From the NCBI RefSeq assembly GCF_036321535.1, contig NC_087437.1:110858001-110922000 (forward strand): 64,000 bases of DNA. The letters run 5' to 3'. Within the stretch, counting starts at the first letter, position 1; each line of letters begins with the position of its first letter. Source of the stretch: Camelus dromedarius (Eukaryota). Shown in pieces: positions 63,980-64,000 of this stretch. The notes beneath the pieces were generated by a model. That model had not been told where the DNA came from. It saw only the letters and a program-made list of their open reading frames with translations, and searched no databases. Position numbers and translations under genes: made by a program.

Positions 63980-64000
63980 GGGGAGGGTATAGCTCAAGTG
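63980..64000 (+). mobile_element. vic-1-type SINE head, cut by the window end
   Basis: GGGGAGGGTATAGCTCAAGTG. Confidence 0.85.

Noticed and set aside
1..64000. A novel multi-gene system, CRISPR array, operon or viral coding region
   Set aside because: The sequence is mammalian repeat-rich non-coding DNA. There is no regularly spaced repeat-spacer array, no gene-dense block and no gag/pol/env or transposase ORF.

Overview
Mammalian, repeat-rich, non-coding genomic DNA, most likely from a camelid (alpaca/llama/camel). The lineage call is an inference from seven copies of a tRNA-Ala(AGC)-derived SINE of the camelid vic-1 type. No prokaryotic features, no CRISPR array and no recognisable cellular protein-coding exon were found. 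The only ORFs with recognisable homology are LINE-1 ORF2 C-terminal remnants. Much of the window is interspersed repeat: young and old L1, tRNA-SINEs, MaLR/ERVL/ERV1 solo LTRs, hAT and Tigger MITEs, MIR, L2, CR1 and microsatellites. L1 and MaLR copies mostly point to the + strand, and several well-formed splice signals lie on the - strand. Together these suggest a large intron of an unidentified minus-strand gene. The best leads are two candidate minus-strand micro-exons (22 nt at 26981-27002 and 15 nt at 48686-48700, each with an ATG and a phase-1 end), a small CpG/GC-box element (about 45.6-46.1 kb), a strong CTCF motif (60180-60198), a ZNF143-type motif in a CpG-rich old LTR, a young L1 insertion with a perfect 17-bp TSD, and tail-only retroposition events. 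I found no convincing evidence of a new biological system. Repeat subfamily names come from visual recognition and need RepeatMasker/Dfam confirmation. Boundaries of old elements are approximate.
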